Source: Octopus vulgaris (Eukaryota). Taken from it: 64,000 nt of DNA. Below are positions 1-12,925 of this stretch, piece by piece (position 1 is the stretch's first letter; each line of letters begins with the position of its first letter). The translations under genes were made by a program, and so were the position numbers. The stretch covers positions 13,578,001-13,642,000 of the forward strand of contig OX597837.1 of assembly GCA_951406725.2 (NCBI GenBank). The letters run 5' to 3'. The notes under the pieces were generated by a model. The model was not told the origin of the DNA. It searched no databases and was given only the letters and a program-made list of their open reading frames with translations.

Positions 1-521
1 GCTTTTTACGTGCCAGGTGAGGCTGGCAACGACCATGATCGGATTGGTGCTTTTTACGTGCCACCGGCACGGAAGCCAGTCAAGGCGGCACTGGCATAAA
101 TAAAAAAAAATGTTACATATGTGTATATGAAAGGAATGTCTGTTTTCCTGCTGGCATGGGTTGGACAGTATGACAGGAGCTGGCAAGGCTGGGAGCTGTA
201 CCATGCCCCAGTGTCTGCCTTGGCAGGCTTTCTACAGCTTCAAGCCCTTCCTAATGGCAACGGCTTTACAAAGTGTACTGGGTGCTTTTTACGTGGTACC
301 AGCACCAGTGCTTTTTGTGTGGCACAGTCACTGAAAAGGTCACCAAGTACATACACACATATACGATGGGATTCTTTCAGTACCACAACAGTACCAACTA
401 TAAGTACCAGCTATAAGTACGCATGTGCAGAAAGCAGTGTGACAATAACAAAGATATGTTATGGCGAAAGTGCAGATAATTCTTGACTTCTCCTTGTACA
501 TATATATGAGTGTATATATAT

Positions 522-747
522 GTTTCTTTACTACCCACAAGGGGCTAAACATAGAGGGGACAAACAAGGACAGACAAACGGATTAAGACGATTACATTGA
601 CCCCAGTGTGTAACTGGTACTTAATTTATCGACCCCGAAAGGATGAAAGGCAAAGTTGACCTCAGCAGAATTTGAACTCAGAACGTAACGGCAGACGAAA
701 TACTGCTAAGCATTTCGCCCGGCGTGCTAATGGTTCTGTCAGCTCGC
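522..747 (-). mobile_element. SINE family A copy (others near 1178-1393, 1893-2292, 8586-8800, 18330-18562, 34215-34415, 38143-38373, 41376-41533, 51320-51552, 58495-58905)
   Basis: shared tRNA-like head and gtcgactttgcctttcatcc core in all copies. Confidence 0.85.
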
Positions 748-3031
748 AGGTGGTGGTGGTGGTGGTGGTGAGGGGTGAAGTTGCTTCTCAACATACATCG
801 TTTCGAGATATGCCTTTTGCGATTTTACTCTGTTGTCTTCAGAAATTGAGAGAAAAAATCAAATTCAACTTCAGTCGATTTATCCGACTTTACCTCGGTC
901 TCAGTAAACATTTTTATTTTTAAAAGCTTAAGAATTAGAAAAAAAACACCCAAAATTCAATACTGAAGTGGAAAATCAATTAAGGTAACCATTTACTGAA
1001 ATAGATATAAGCTAATAAAGTTTTTTTTATTTAATGTTTTTTCGTGTTATCTGGATTTTCGAGTGAAGTCAATTTGACTTGGAACCAATTACCGATGTTA
1101 GACTTGGAACCAATTACCAATGTTAGATGAGTTGTTTTCATTCATTTTTCATTTCCAGATATCGTTCATATAATCATTTCTTTTCTACTCTAGGCACAAG
1201 ACCCGAAATTTTGGCAGAGGGGTCCAATCGATTAGATCGACCCCAGTATGCAACTGGTACTTAATTTATCGACCCTGAAAGGAAGAAAGGCAAAGTTGAC
1301 CTTGGCGGAATTTGAACTCAGAGCGTAAAGATAGAGGAAATACTGCTAAGCATTTTTCCCAGCCTGCTAACGATTCTGCCAGCTCACTGCCTTTGGTTAT
1401 TCGTATAATGTTGCTGGAAATGTTTCACTAACTATAAGGTACAGAGATGGGTGTGTGGTTAATAAGGTCGCTTTGCAGTCAGGTGGTTTGCAGTTCAATC
1501 CCACTGCACAGCAAGTGTCTTCGACTTATAGTCTCTGATTCAATAAAAGCCTTGTGAGTGAATTTTGAAGGTGGAAAATGTATGGAAGCCCATCATGTGT
1601 ATGTGTGTCTTTGTTTGCTTCCCCCTCCATCAACACCACCTGACAACCAGTGTCCAACCATTTTGTACCATGACCAAGGACACACACTGAAATTGGCACC
1701 AAAACTGATTCTATTTATAGGCTGTGTTCATGGAACCTTATTGAACAATCTAGAATGGATGTCACGTGAACAACAACCACTGATTGGACGCTAACTCAGC
1801 TGCACGCATGATCAAGTCATTGTTATGTCAGGACACGAAATTCGTAATGTGGTAACACGAGTTCACGTTCTGTTGTAATATTATCTGTTTGTGAAGGTGG
1901 CAAGCTGGCAGAAACGTTAGCATGTCAGGCAAAATGCTTAGCAGTATTTCGTCTGTCTTTACATTCTTTGTTCAAATTCCGCTGAGGTCAATTTTGCCTT
2001 TCATCCTTTCAGGGTTGATAAATTAAGTACCAGTTATGCAATGGGGTTGATATAATCATTTTAATTCGTCTGTCTGTCCTTGTTTGTCTCCTCTGTGTTT
2101 AGCCCCTTGTGGGTAATAAAGAAATAGGTATTTTGTCTATCTTTATGTTCTGAGTTCAAATTCCACTGAGGTCAATTTTGCCCTTTCATCCTTTCAGGGT
2201 CAATAAATTAAGAACCAGTTGCATACTGAGTTTGATATAATCGACTGGCCCCCTCCCCCAAAATTTCAGGCCTTGTGCCTAGAGTAGAAAAGATGTTATC
2301 TGTCTGTTAATTGGAACTTCTCATAGAAAAAATCGTCCTTTACTTTTTTTTCTTATGGCAGGAGCCAGGAATTGAACATGGAACATATGAAGATGTAACA
2401 GATACCAAAAGGCACACCATCTGGTGCACTGGTAATTCTACCAGTCTACCACTCTCGGCTAGTTATTTATTTACCAGAAGAAGAGAAGCAAAGCTGACCT
2501 GGGTAGGTTTTGAATTCTGGGTGCAAAGATTCAGAACAACTACTGCAAACCATTCAATCCGGCACTCTAACGACCCCGAGTCGATTCCGCAATACTTCAA
2601 ACGAGCAACAACATCTCCAACACAAACAATAAAACATCATTTCAACAATGGTGACATTGTGTTCGTTTATAAACTGCTCCATTTAATCTGGCTGACAAAA
2701 CAGGTTCCTTTCCTACTTCTCAGTTGAGTGATTATCAATAAAAATTACATCCAGCTGTAAAAATAACTCTTCTACTCAGACAAGCAAGTAAAATCAGGGG
2801 GAAACAAAAAAATCAATAAACTAATCAGAACATAGATATTATGTTTAATATCTATATTTATATTGCTGCGTTCGTTTTTCTCTGATTAAGAATTATTTAA
2901 CGAAGATTTCATCAGACTTAGTCTGCCCTCTGTTAAATAGTTAACATAACTTCTGTAGCAGTGGACCAACCAAAGCCTTGAGAGCAAATTTAGGAGACAG
3001 AAACTAAAGGAAGCTTTTCATACATACCTAC

Positions 3032-3037
<6 letters not shown>

Positions 3038-3070
<33 letters not shown>

Positions 3071-3160
3071 TATATATATACATATATACATATATATATA
3101 TACATATATACATATACAATATATATATACACATATATATATATATACATATATATATAT

Positions 3161-3203
<43 letters not shown>

Positions 3204-3343
3204 TATATATATACATATATATACACACACACATATATATATACATACATATATATATCTACACACACACATATATATATATACACACATATATATATAC
3301 ACACACATATATATATACACACACATATATATACACACACACA

Positions 3344-3375
<32 letters not shown>

Positions 3376-3800
3376 CACACACACATATATATACACACAC
3401 ACATATATATATACATACATATATATATACACACACACATATATATACATACATATATATATATACACACACACATATATATACATATATATATATACAC
3501 ACATATATATATATACACACACATATATATACACACACATATATATACACACACATATATATACACACACATATATAACACACACAATATATATACACAC
3601 ACATATATATACACACACACATATATATACACACACAAAATATATATATATAATATATACATATATAATATATATATACATATATATACACACATATATG
3701 TATATATACATATATATAGACACATATATGTATATATACATATATATACACATATATATGTATATATACATATATATATACACATATATATATGTATGTA
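3038..3800. repeat. compound (TA)n/(CA)n microsatellite
   Basis: direct reading; source of the YIYI/CVCV ORFs. Confidence 0.97.
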
Positions 3801-3876
3801 TACTTGTTAATAAAGCTGCAAAGAATCACAAAACTGTTACTCAGAGTTTCCCGTTCATCGGATAGTTTTGCTTTAA

Positions 3877-4085
3877 CCCTTTAGTATTTAAACCGGCCAT
3901 AATAGCTAATCTGTTTTGTGTTCAAACTAATCAGATCCAGGCTCTCACACCTACCCTACAATGTTATTCTACATTAGGTAATTACACCATCAAGATCTTG
4001 AAGATATGAGATAATGCATGATTAATTCAAATCAATGGGAATCAATAAGCATTATGTTTGATAGAATAATCTGAACACTAAAGGG
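3877..4085. mobile_element. piggyBac-like MITE (other copies near 6730-7104, 13795-14383, 23500-23724, 45929-46131)
   Basis: TTAA TSDs, CCCTTTAG…CTAAAGGG termini and shared internal ctctcacacctaccctacaatg. Confidence 0.8.
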
Positions 4086-7000
4086 TTAAACAGCAATGTG
4101 AAACTCTGAGTTACAGTTTTTGTGACAGTTTTTATTAATAAAGCCCATTACTCTACCTCCGGTATTCCAGTACTCTTTTTTCCCACCTTGTTTCACATTT
4201 ATGTGCTTACTCTGGAATATATATATATATATATATAAAAAGGAAATGAAGAAAATGCTGACAAAATAATTTAAGTAAGGGAGAGTGTATTTAATTAGGT
4301 GAAAGTTCTTTTTACCGGTTGCGCATTTGTTATGCTTATCAAAAGATATTTTTTAAAGAGAGATAGAGTTCCTTTCTGATAGATTTTTTTCTCTTATCTG
4401 ACTTTATGTTGGGTTTGCTGTCTCTTATATGTGAAAAAAGAGGCTCCAGAGTTGTTAAAGATTTGCTTGGTTTCGCGCCTAAAATTTCTTGTGGACAATG
4501 GTCAATACAATTTTGATTGGTCATTATAAAGGGGTCATGTGAATGTTTGAATGGAAGTTGGTGTTGGGGTAAGAAAATAGGCTCTAGAGATGTTAAAATT
4601 TGGCTAGTGTTGCGCCTAAAATTTCTTATTGGTCATAATAAAGAGGTCACGTGGATGTGGTCATAATAGAGAGGTCACCTGAATGTTTAGAATGAATGTT
4701 GGTGTGGGTGGTGTATGGAGTTTTTGAAAATAGCATTGTTGAAAATTCTTATTGTTCAGGTTGGTCAGTAGAGGTCATGTGGATATTTTAAATAGCTTTT
4801 TAGGCTCTAGTTAAGGAGTGTATTTTCCACTTGACTGAATTTGAGCTGGATAAGTAAGTTCATTTAGGACAGGAAGAGCTATATGTATGTATGTGTGCGC
4901 GCGCGCGTGTGTGTGTTTATACGTATGTTGGGGCGCGCGCGTGTGTATATATGTGTGCGTGTGTGGGTACAATTTTCAATAATTATAGTTCTGCTGGCCT
5001 TGTGCCTGTATTGGGAAGCAACGTGTTTGTGTGAAGTCAATATTTACAGTCATTTCGAAAAAATAGTGTTGGATGTTTTGCACCCGTATCAAATTATGTG
5101 TATGTGTGGAACCATATATTTGCGTGTGTCATGGTGTTAATATCTGGGTAAAAGTGTGTGCAGGTGTGTGTTTGTTGTGGGTTCGTGTTATCAGTATATG
5201 ATTTAACTTAATAAACACAGTTTATAGTTTTTATTCTCTTTTCTCTTTTACTTGTTTCAGTCATTTGACTTCGGCCATGCTGGAGCACCACCTTTAATCG
5301 AGCAACTCGACCCCGGGACTTATTCTTTTGTAAGCCCAGTACTTATTCTATCAGTCTCTTTTGCTGAACCGCTAAGTAACGGGGACATAAACACACCAGC
5401 ATCGGTTGTCAAGCAATGCTAGGGGGACAAACACACACACACACACATATATATATACATATATAAGACAGGCTTCTTTCAGTTTCTGTCTACCAAATCC
5501 ACAAGGCATTGGTCGGCCCGGGGCTATAGTAGAAGACATTTGCCCAAGATGCCACTCAGTGGGACTGAACCCAGAACCATGTGGTTGGTTAGCAAGCTAC
5601 TTACCACACAGCCACTCCTGAATAATAAAAACTATAATCTATTTGAATATAAATCATATACTGCATCCTCCCATATAAGTTTTCATACCTATAAAAATTC
5701 ACATTAGTAAATTCAATAGCAAAATATGAAGAAACAACCTTAGAAATCTTTGGAAATTAAAGGATGAAGTTACATTCATCCATTAAAAAGTATATATAAT
5801 ATATAAAGTTCATCATTCATCATCATCATCGTTTAACATCCGTTTTCCATGCTAGCATGGGTTGGACGGTTCGACGGGGGTCTGGGAAGCCAGGAGGCTG
5901 CGCCAGGCTCCAGTCTGATCTGGCAGTGTTTCTACAGCTGGATGCCCTTCCTATATATATATGTATATATATATATATATATTACCATCATCATCATTTA
6001 CTACTGTGCACCTTCCCATGCTTGAATGGGTCAAATGGAATTTGTTGAGACAGACTTTCAAAGGCTGGATGCCCTTCCTGTTGCCAATCCTTATCAGCTT
6101 CCAAGCAAGATAATATTTCCCCATAGCTAGACACATTTTCCACAGATGATTGGAAGTAAACAACCCCGCTTGTCTGACAGTGATGTTTGTTTACAACCAT
6201 GATGTGATATCTAGAGCTTCTTTCAGTTTCCATCCACCCACTAAGTGGTTTGGCAAAAGAGACTGATAGGATAAGTATCAGACTTAAACAATAACCATCT
6301 GGGTTTAATTTGTTTGACTAAGCCATTGAAGGTGATGACTCACAGGGCCGCCATCCAATGATTGAGGCAAGTAAAAGATAAAAGAATTTCAATCAGTTTC
6401 GATGACAAGAATTTGCTTGTTTAATCAACTGGGTTTTGTTTTTTTTTTGTTTTTGTTTTTAATTAGCATGTAAATGGTAGAGTATTCCACAGACTCTTGT
6501 ACCCTTAAATTACAACCCACCCAACAAGTTTCCAGTTTTCCCCAACACAACTTCACTGACAAAACTTCAGTGGACCCAAGGCAATGGTAAAAGCAGTAGT
6601 GTAGCAAGAGGAGGGATCAGTCCACCCAGACGATGCTTTTACAGGGGTTGGCACCTTTGTGTCTGCTGTATAAGCTTGTATAAGTCTGGGGTTCCCAGTG
6701 GGGACAGCAAACTCAAGAGCTGCCACTGGTTAACCCTTTAGCATTTAAACCAGCAATAGATCCGGCCCAAATGTTCTACCTGTTTTATGTTCAAATGAGC
6801 CGGATCTGGCCTCTCACACCTATCCTACAATGTCATTCTAAAGATATACAGTGAAGATGCCGAAGACCACTCGGTTCAAAGTCTCTCTTGACCAGAAATG
6901 GCCTGAACTCTTTGCATGAACACCACCCTGTACATAACTCCATGTCCTCCTACATGGCCTTGCTTTTTGCTTTTTGAGCCAAAAAATTAACTTAACTTAA

Positions 7001-7248
7001 CATCATTGAAATCTCAAAGCTACAAGACTGTGTGATTAATTCCTAAAAGAGGGAATAAATCCGTGTTACATCAGAGGAAGTAATCTGAATGCTAAAGAGT
7101 TAAAAGACTTGCCTAAGATGCTACACAGTGGGATTGAAACTGGGATCTTGCGGTTGAGAAGCGAACGTCTTAACCATTCATCCACGGTGCACTCACCCAT
7201 GCAAATTAACAACAGATATTATCAGAGAAATTCATTACAGAAAAATGT

Positions 7249-7254
7249 TTTATT
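7249..7254 (-). terminator. candidate polyadenylation signal AATAAA of MYCBP 3' UTR
   Basis: tttatt on the + strand about 550 nt past the stop; a second candidate at 7325-7330. Confidence 0.45.
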
Positions 7255-7804
7255 AACTTAAAAAGATGAAATTGAAAATAAGTTAAACAATTGAAACTTT
7301 GTCTTTTTGCTTTGTTTTTTGTTTTTTATTCGTGAGACTATTTCACAACTGAATAACAGATTGTCAACCGGGGGCCAGCAAATGGTGGCGGCCCCCAGTG
7401 ATAATGCATTGTGGGATATGAAATCTGTTCTGAGTATCCCTCCAGAACAGCTGTTGATAATAGCAACCAATGAGACAGTTATTTACTGAAGGTAGAGGTG
7501 ATGAGAGAGAGAGAGATAAATAGACAGGTAGCCAGATGACATAGAGACAGGTAGGAAGATAGAGAGATAGATTGATGATAAATAGATAGGTAGATAGAGA
7601 GAGGGAGAGAGAGAGATTGGAAGAAACTAAATGATATGAAACAGCAATGGAAATAAGGAATAACAAATAAACAAACATAAAAAATAAATTGCTTTTCAAA
7701 ATTCTATTTGAATAAAGTGGAAAGTGAAAGTCATCCAGTGTTTTAAGGCCAGTCATGTGTGTGTGGATGTGACAACAGCAGTGGGACATGACAACAAAGG
7801 ATGG

Positions 7805-7852
7805 TTAGTTATCAACAGACTGTTCTGTCAAATTTGGTTCATATTGTTGAAG
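7805..7852 (-). CDS. MYCBP: MYCBP last coding exon (LQQYEPNLTEQSVDN*)
   Basis: atttgcag acceptor, TAA stop; matches LAQYEP; total CDS 318 nt = 105 aa. Confidence 0.9.
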   Translation of the reverse strand, partial: LQQYEPNLTEQSVDN

Positions 7853-7974
7853 CTGCAAATATAACACAAATATAAGAAAAGACATTGATTCATTGAACCC
7901 ATTATACATGTCAATATTGCAACAAATTTAAAAACTACATCAGTTCCTTTCATCTCACTTTACCCCCATCTCAT

Positions 7975-8252
7975 CACCCTGCTTAGAATCATTTGCGGGG
8001 TCACTCCGAAAAGCTCTATCTGCGACGATTTCATCTCAATCGAAGGAGAGGGGCTTTCTCCGTCCGGGTTGCGGATCCGTGGAATAAGCTGCCGGACGTG
8101 ATGGTGAAGATGCCGACGACTGCTCGGTTCAAAGTCTCCCTTGACCACAAGTGGCCTGAACTCTTTACATGAACACCACTCTGTACATAACTCCATGTCC
8201 CCCTACATGTCCTTGTTTTTTGCTTTTTGAGCCAAAATTAACTAACTAACTA
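7975..8252 (+). mobile_element. CR1-type LINE 3' end (shorter copy at about 6850-7000)
   Basis: SVRVADPWNKLPDVMVKMPTTARFKVSLD ORF2 C-terminus followed by a (TAAC)n tail. Confidence 0.75.
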
Positions 8253-9780
8253 AACCAGCTTCTTCCTATTCTCCTTTAGTTAGAGAGATCCCTTAAGGTC
8301 CTTAGTCTTACAAGTTACAAGGACCCTCTCTTTAGTGTTGGTGCAATGAGAAAAAAAAGAAGCAGCCAGTAACTGGCATAAGGAAGAGCATCCAGCCATA
8401 GAAACCCTACCAAAGCAGACATTGGGGCATAATGCAGTGCTCTGGTTCATCAGAACTTGTTGAGCCATCCGACCCATGCTGGTACAGAAGACTAATGTTA
8501 AATGATGACTGACCATTGTTTAATGAGGATGACCTCAGCTGGAGATGTAACTGAAAACAGCAGCTAAATAATATTTATGTAATTGAAGGCAGCGAGCTGG
8601 CAGAAACATTAGCATACTGGGGGGAAATGCTTAGAGGTATTTTGTCTGTCTTTACATTCTGAGTTCAAACTCCAGAGGTCAACTTTGCCTTTCATCCTTT
8701 CAAGATCGATAAACTAAGTACCAGTTGCATACTGGGGTCAATCTAATTGATTTCCCCCCCTCCCCAACATTTCAGGCCTTGTGCTTAGAGTAGAAAAGAA
8801 TATTTAAGTAACTGAAACCAACTGAGATCAAAATGATGTGTGGAGCAGATTTCTCATAGAGAGAAATTTGCTGCATAAACAGAGAGAAAGGGGAAAGGGA
8901 AACATTAAAATGCCCAGCATTAAATAAGTCAGCAAGGCCAGATACATGGTGCCAAAACAGCTATACCAAAACATCCCATGCCCTTGATACATACATTCTT
9001 CATTAAAAGAATCCCTTTTTCTCTCTGGCTCTTTGTTATATTGCCTTATCATGTCCCTGTTGTTACTACTTTTATAACTGACCTTACTACAAAACCCGCA
9101 TCTTCTTTATCCAAATGGCTACATTTGTCTTTGTCTCTCAACCGGTTTCAACTGAGATACTAATACTGATTTTCATTGTTTTTTCGACTCTGAAGAGTTT
9201 CTTACACTCGTATGTTTTGATTGACTTCCTACAGTTTTGGTTAAATATACAGAGCAGACTTCTATTAGAATAAGTATTCCACATCTGTATGCGTTGCAAC
9301 AGAAAACCAAATGGATTGGTGACAGGAGGAGGGGGCATCTGACCATAAAGGACTACCTCAGAAAAACCTTCCAACCTGTGTCAGCACAGTGAAAGACATG
9401 GCCTAGTGGTTAAGGTGCAGCACTCATGATTGTAAGATTGCAGTTTCAATTCCTAGATTGGGTGGTGTGCTGTGTTCTTGAGCAAAACACTTCATTTCAC
9501 GTAGCCCAGTCCACTCAGCTGTAAAGAAGTGACCCTGCAATGGACTGGCATTGCATTCAATGGGAACCAGGTAAGCTGCCCTGTGAGACCCAGGACTTGA
9601 GACTAATGTCCAGAGGCTGATGATGACAATATGTCAGCATGGAAGAGCAGCCGTAAGACATTGATGCTGACCGTTCCACTTTTATCCATGAAAGACCTTA
9701 AAGTTAGCATGAATGCATTTACAACCACCCTGTGTCATAAATCTATTTGGAAGTAGCTAAAAAACAACATCACACATAAG

Positions 9781-9920
9781 AGGCACCTGTGCTGGTGACA
9801 CGTAAAAGGCACCCTGTGCTGGTGACACGTAAAAGGCACCCGTGCTAGGGACACGTAAAAGGCACCCATGCTAGGGACACGTAGAAGGCACCTGTGCTAG
9901 GGACACGTAGAAGGGACCCA
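9781..9920 (+). repeat. 26-27-bp tandem repeat (ggcacctgtgctggtgacacgtaaaa, about 5 copies), SINE-derived
   Basis: direct repeats read from the sequence; same motif as the (TGA)n-tailed SINE family. Confidence 0.85.
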
Positions 9921-10108
9921 CTATACTCTTGGAGAAGTTGGTGTTAGGAAGGATATCCAGCCAAAGAAATGAAGCCAAATCAGATTGGAGTCTGGTACAG
10001 CTCTCTGGCTTACCATTTCCAGTCAAACCGTCTCAAATCCATGCCAGCCTGGAAAGCACGGCACTAAATGATGATGATGATGATGATGGTGATGGTGATG
10101 AATCTTAC

Positions 10109-10238
10109 CTTGCTTTTGAGGTCTGAATTCTCCTCTTGAAGTTGTTCCACTTTCTCCTGTAATTCTATGACCTCCAACTTCAAGGCGTCTACATCTGCCG
10201 TTTCAGGACCAGAAACACCAAGATGCTGTTTCAAAAAT
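10109..10238 (-). CDS. MYCBP: MYCBP exon 4 (FLKQHLGVSGPETADVDALKLEVIELQEKVEQLQEENSDLKSK), coiled coil
   Basis: tccttaag branch site about 14 nt before the ccag acceptor; AAG|gtaag donor; matches FLKHHLG...ELLRLELAEMKEK. Confidence 0.96.
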
Positions 10239-11913
10239 CTGGTTAGGGGTCACTTAAGGATCAACACGATTTAACATCACAAAGGAATATTTACTGGGAT
10301 CAAAGACAGATTTAAGTGTGTGTGTGTGTGCGTGTGCGCTTTCAATCCTTTCTGGAATCTAAGACAGATTTAAGTGCATGTGGGTGAATAAGCTTGTATG
10401 AATGTGTGTGGAGTGTGTGTGTGTTTCTTTCAAACTTTTTTCTCTTCCTCTTACTGAAATACTGAGAGAGAGAGAGAAAGAGAGAGAGAACAGTGCAAAA
10501 GAGAGGGAGTGAGAAACATACTGAAAAAGGAAGAGGTGGAGTGGCAGTGATGGAGGCAATGAATCATTGACATAAACCTCAATAGTCCAGGGAACTACCA
10601 CTGCAAAAAAATAAATGAATTCCTCTCTCTTCAAGTGACCAAAGTGTGATGTTGTATGGCACTGAAACAAACATTGAATGCAGAAAATGTATAAAGACTG
10701 GGGGGGAGGGGGAGAGAAAAGGGTTCAGCTGGGTGTGGAATCTTGGTGTGCATGAATGAGCAGAACAGAGACAAATGGAATGAAAGATTAAGCAATGGAG
10801 GAATTGGATACGGAGTGCGAGAGGGAAGACTGCACGAGTATGGATGTAGAGGATGCACTTGGAGGATGACAGTTGCATGAGAAAATGTCAAATGATAACG
10901 TGGCCATAGCCAGCACCGCATCGACTGGCCTCCGTGCTGGTGGCACATAACAAACACCATCTGATCGTGGCCGTGCCAGCCTCACCTGGCCTCCGTGCTG
11001 GTGGCACATAACAAACACCATCTGATCGTGGCCGTGCCAGCCTCACCTGGCCTCCGTGCTGGTGGCACATAACAAACACCATCTGATCGTGGCCGTGCCA
11101 GCCTCACCTGGCCTCCGTGCTGGTGGCACATAACAAACACCATCTGATCGTGGCCGTGCCAGCCTCACCTGGCCTCCGTGCTGGTGGCACATAACAAACA
11201 CCATCTGATCGTGGCCGTGCCAGCCTCATCGTGGCCTGGCCTCCGTGCTGGTGGCACATAACAAACACCATCTGATCGTGGCCGTGCCAGCCTCACCTGG
11301 CCTCCGTGCTGGTGGCACATAACAAACACCATCTGATCGTGGCCGTGCCAGCCTGGCCTGGCCTCCGTGCTGGTGGCACGTAAAAAGCACCATTCGACCG
11401 TGGCCGTTTGCCAGCCTCGCCTGGCCTCCGTGCTGGTGGCACGTAAAAAGCACCATCCGAGCGTGGCCATTCGCCAGCCTCGTCTGGCACCTGTGTTGGT
11501 GGCACATAAAAAGCACCCACTACACTCACGGAGTGGTTGGCGTTAGGAAGGGCATCCAGCCATAGAAACACTGCCAGATCTGACTGGGCCTGGTGCAGCC
11601 TTCTGGCTTCCCAGACCCCAGTTGAATCGTCCAACCCATGCTAGCATGGAAAGCGGATGATGATGATGATGATGGAAGCAGGCTGAAGAAGATATGGGTA
11701 GATGTAGCGAAGTTTGATCTCAGGATGCTGAGCTTCACAAAAGAGATGATGATGATGGATCATGAGAAATAGGGAGAAGCTGTGTTGGAAGAGATTTGCA
11801 CAACCCCTTCCAGGATGCGCTGCTGCCACCACCACCACCACCACCACCGCATGGAACAAGGAATGGAATCTCACAACTTACCAATGATTGAGAAAGAAAT
11901 GGCAAAAGGATAC
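10239..11913 (-). other. U12-type (minor spliceosome) GT-AG intron of MYCBP
   Basis: 5' splice site GTATCCTTTT; TCCTTAAG branch sequence at 10253-10260 close to the AG; no polypyrimidine tract. Confidence 0.9.
10925..11672 (+). repeat. 61-bp tandem array (about 7 near-identical plus 2-3 diverged units) ending in a (TGA)n-tailed SINE body
   Basis: unit ctggcctccgtgctggtggcacataacaaacaccatctgatcgtggccgtgccagcctcac starts at 10925, 10986, 11047, 11108, 11169, 11236, 11297. Confidence 0.92.
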
Positions 11914-11962
11914 TCTAAAGCATTGTTTGGTTTGTCAGGTTCTTCATAAAGTCCAACTAGAA
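11914..11962 (-). CDS. MYCBP: MYCBP exon 3 (VLVGLYEEPDKPNNALE)
   Basis: tctttcag acceptor; donor GA|gtatcctttt (U12 consensus); phase consistent with exons 2 and 4. Confidence 0.96.
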
Positions 11963-12124
11963 CTGAAAGAAAATGCACAACAGAAACTGGTTAATTTGAA
12001 GGATTAGAGAGAAAGCAAGCAATCTCACCACTCAGCATTCAGGTTACTCTCATAAATCCAATATTTATTCACATTGTTTGGAATTAATCATACATTATCT
12101 AGGTTATAGATTATCATCTATGCT

Positions 12125-12925
12125 GAAGGCAGTGAGCTGGCAGAAACGTTAGCACACTGGGCGAAATGCTTAGTGGTACTTCGGCTGCCACTACGTTCTG
12201 AGTTCAAATTCCACCGAGGTCGACTTTGCCTTTCATCCTTTCGGGGTCGATAAATTAAGTAACAGTTATGCATTGGGGTCGATGTAATTGACTTAATCCA
12301 TTTGTCTGTCCTTGTTTGTCCCCTCTATGTTTAGCCCCTTGTGGGTAGTAAAGAAATAGGTATTTCATCTGCCGTTACGTTCTGAGTTCAAATTCCACCG
12401 AGGTCGACTTTGCCTTTCATCCTTTCGGGTCGATAAATTAAGTAACAGTTATGCATTGGGGTCGATGTAATTGACTTAATCCATTTGTCTGTCCTTGTTT
12501 GTCCCCTCTATGTTTAGCCCCTTGTGGGTAGTAAAGAAATAGGTATTTCATCTGCCGTTACGTTCTGAGTTCAAATTCCACCGAGGTCGACTTTGCCTTT
12601 CATCCTTTCGGGGTCGATAAATTAAGTAACAGTTATGCATTGGGGTCGATGTAATCAACTTAATCCCTTTGTCTGTCCTTGTTTGTCCCCTCTATGTTTA
12701 GCCCCTTGTAGGCAATAAAGAAATAAGAAACGTTAGCACGTCAAGCAAACTGCTAAGTGGTATTTCATCTGTCTTTACATTCTGAGTTCAAATACCACCG
12801 AGGTTGACTTTGCCTTTCATCCTTTCTGGGTCAATGAATTAAGTACCAGTTGCGTACTGGGGTTGATCTAATCGCCTGGCCCCCTCCCCCAAAATTTCAG
12901 GCCTTGTGCCTAGAGTAGAAAAGAT
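12125..12925 (+). mobile_element. tRNA-derived SINE (family A) as a head-to-tail multimer, about 180-bp unit x3 plus a variant copy
   Basis: B-box-like gagttcaaattcc and core ggtcgactttgcctttcatcctttcggggtcgataaattaagt repeated four times. Confidence 0.88.

Noticed and set aside
790-915. Possible minus-strand coding exon (MFTETE…), also the acceptor-like site near 2755
   Set aside because: Short frames with stops, no recognisable homology and no joinable partner exons in the window
3018-3829. Long ORFs rich in YI/CV (also 30000-31981 and 44424-44912)
   Set aside because: Translations of dinucleotide and tetranucleotide microsatellites
10925-11520. CRISPR-like array
   Set aside because: Units are identical end to end with no unique spacers, there are no cas genes, and the unit is part of a dispersed SINE family in eukaryotic DNA
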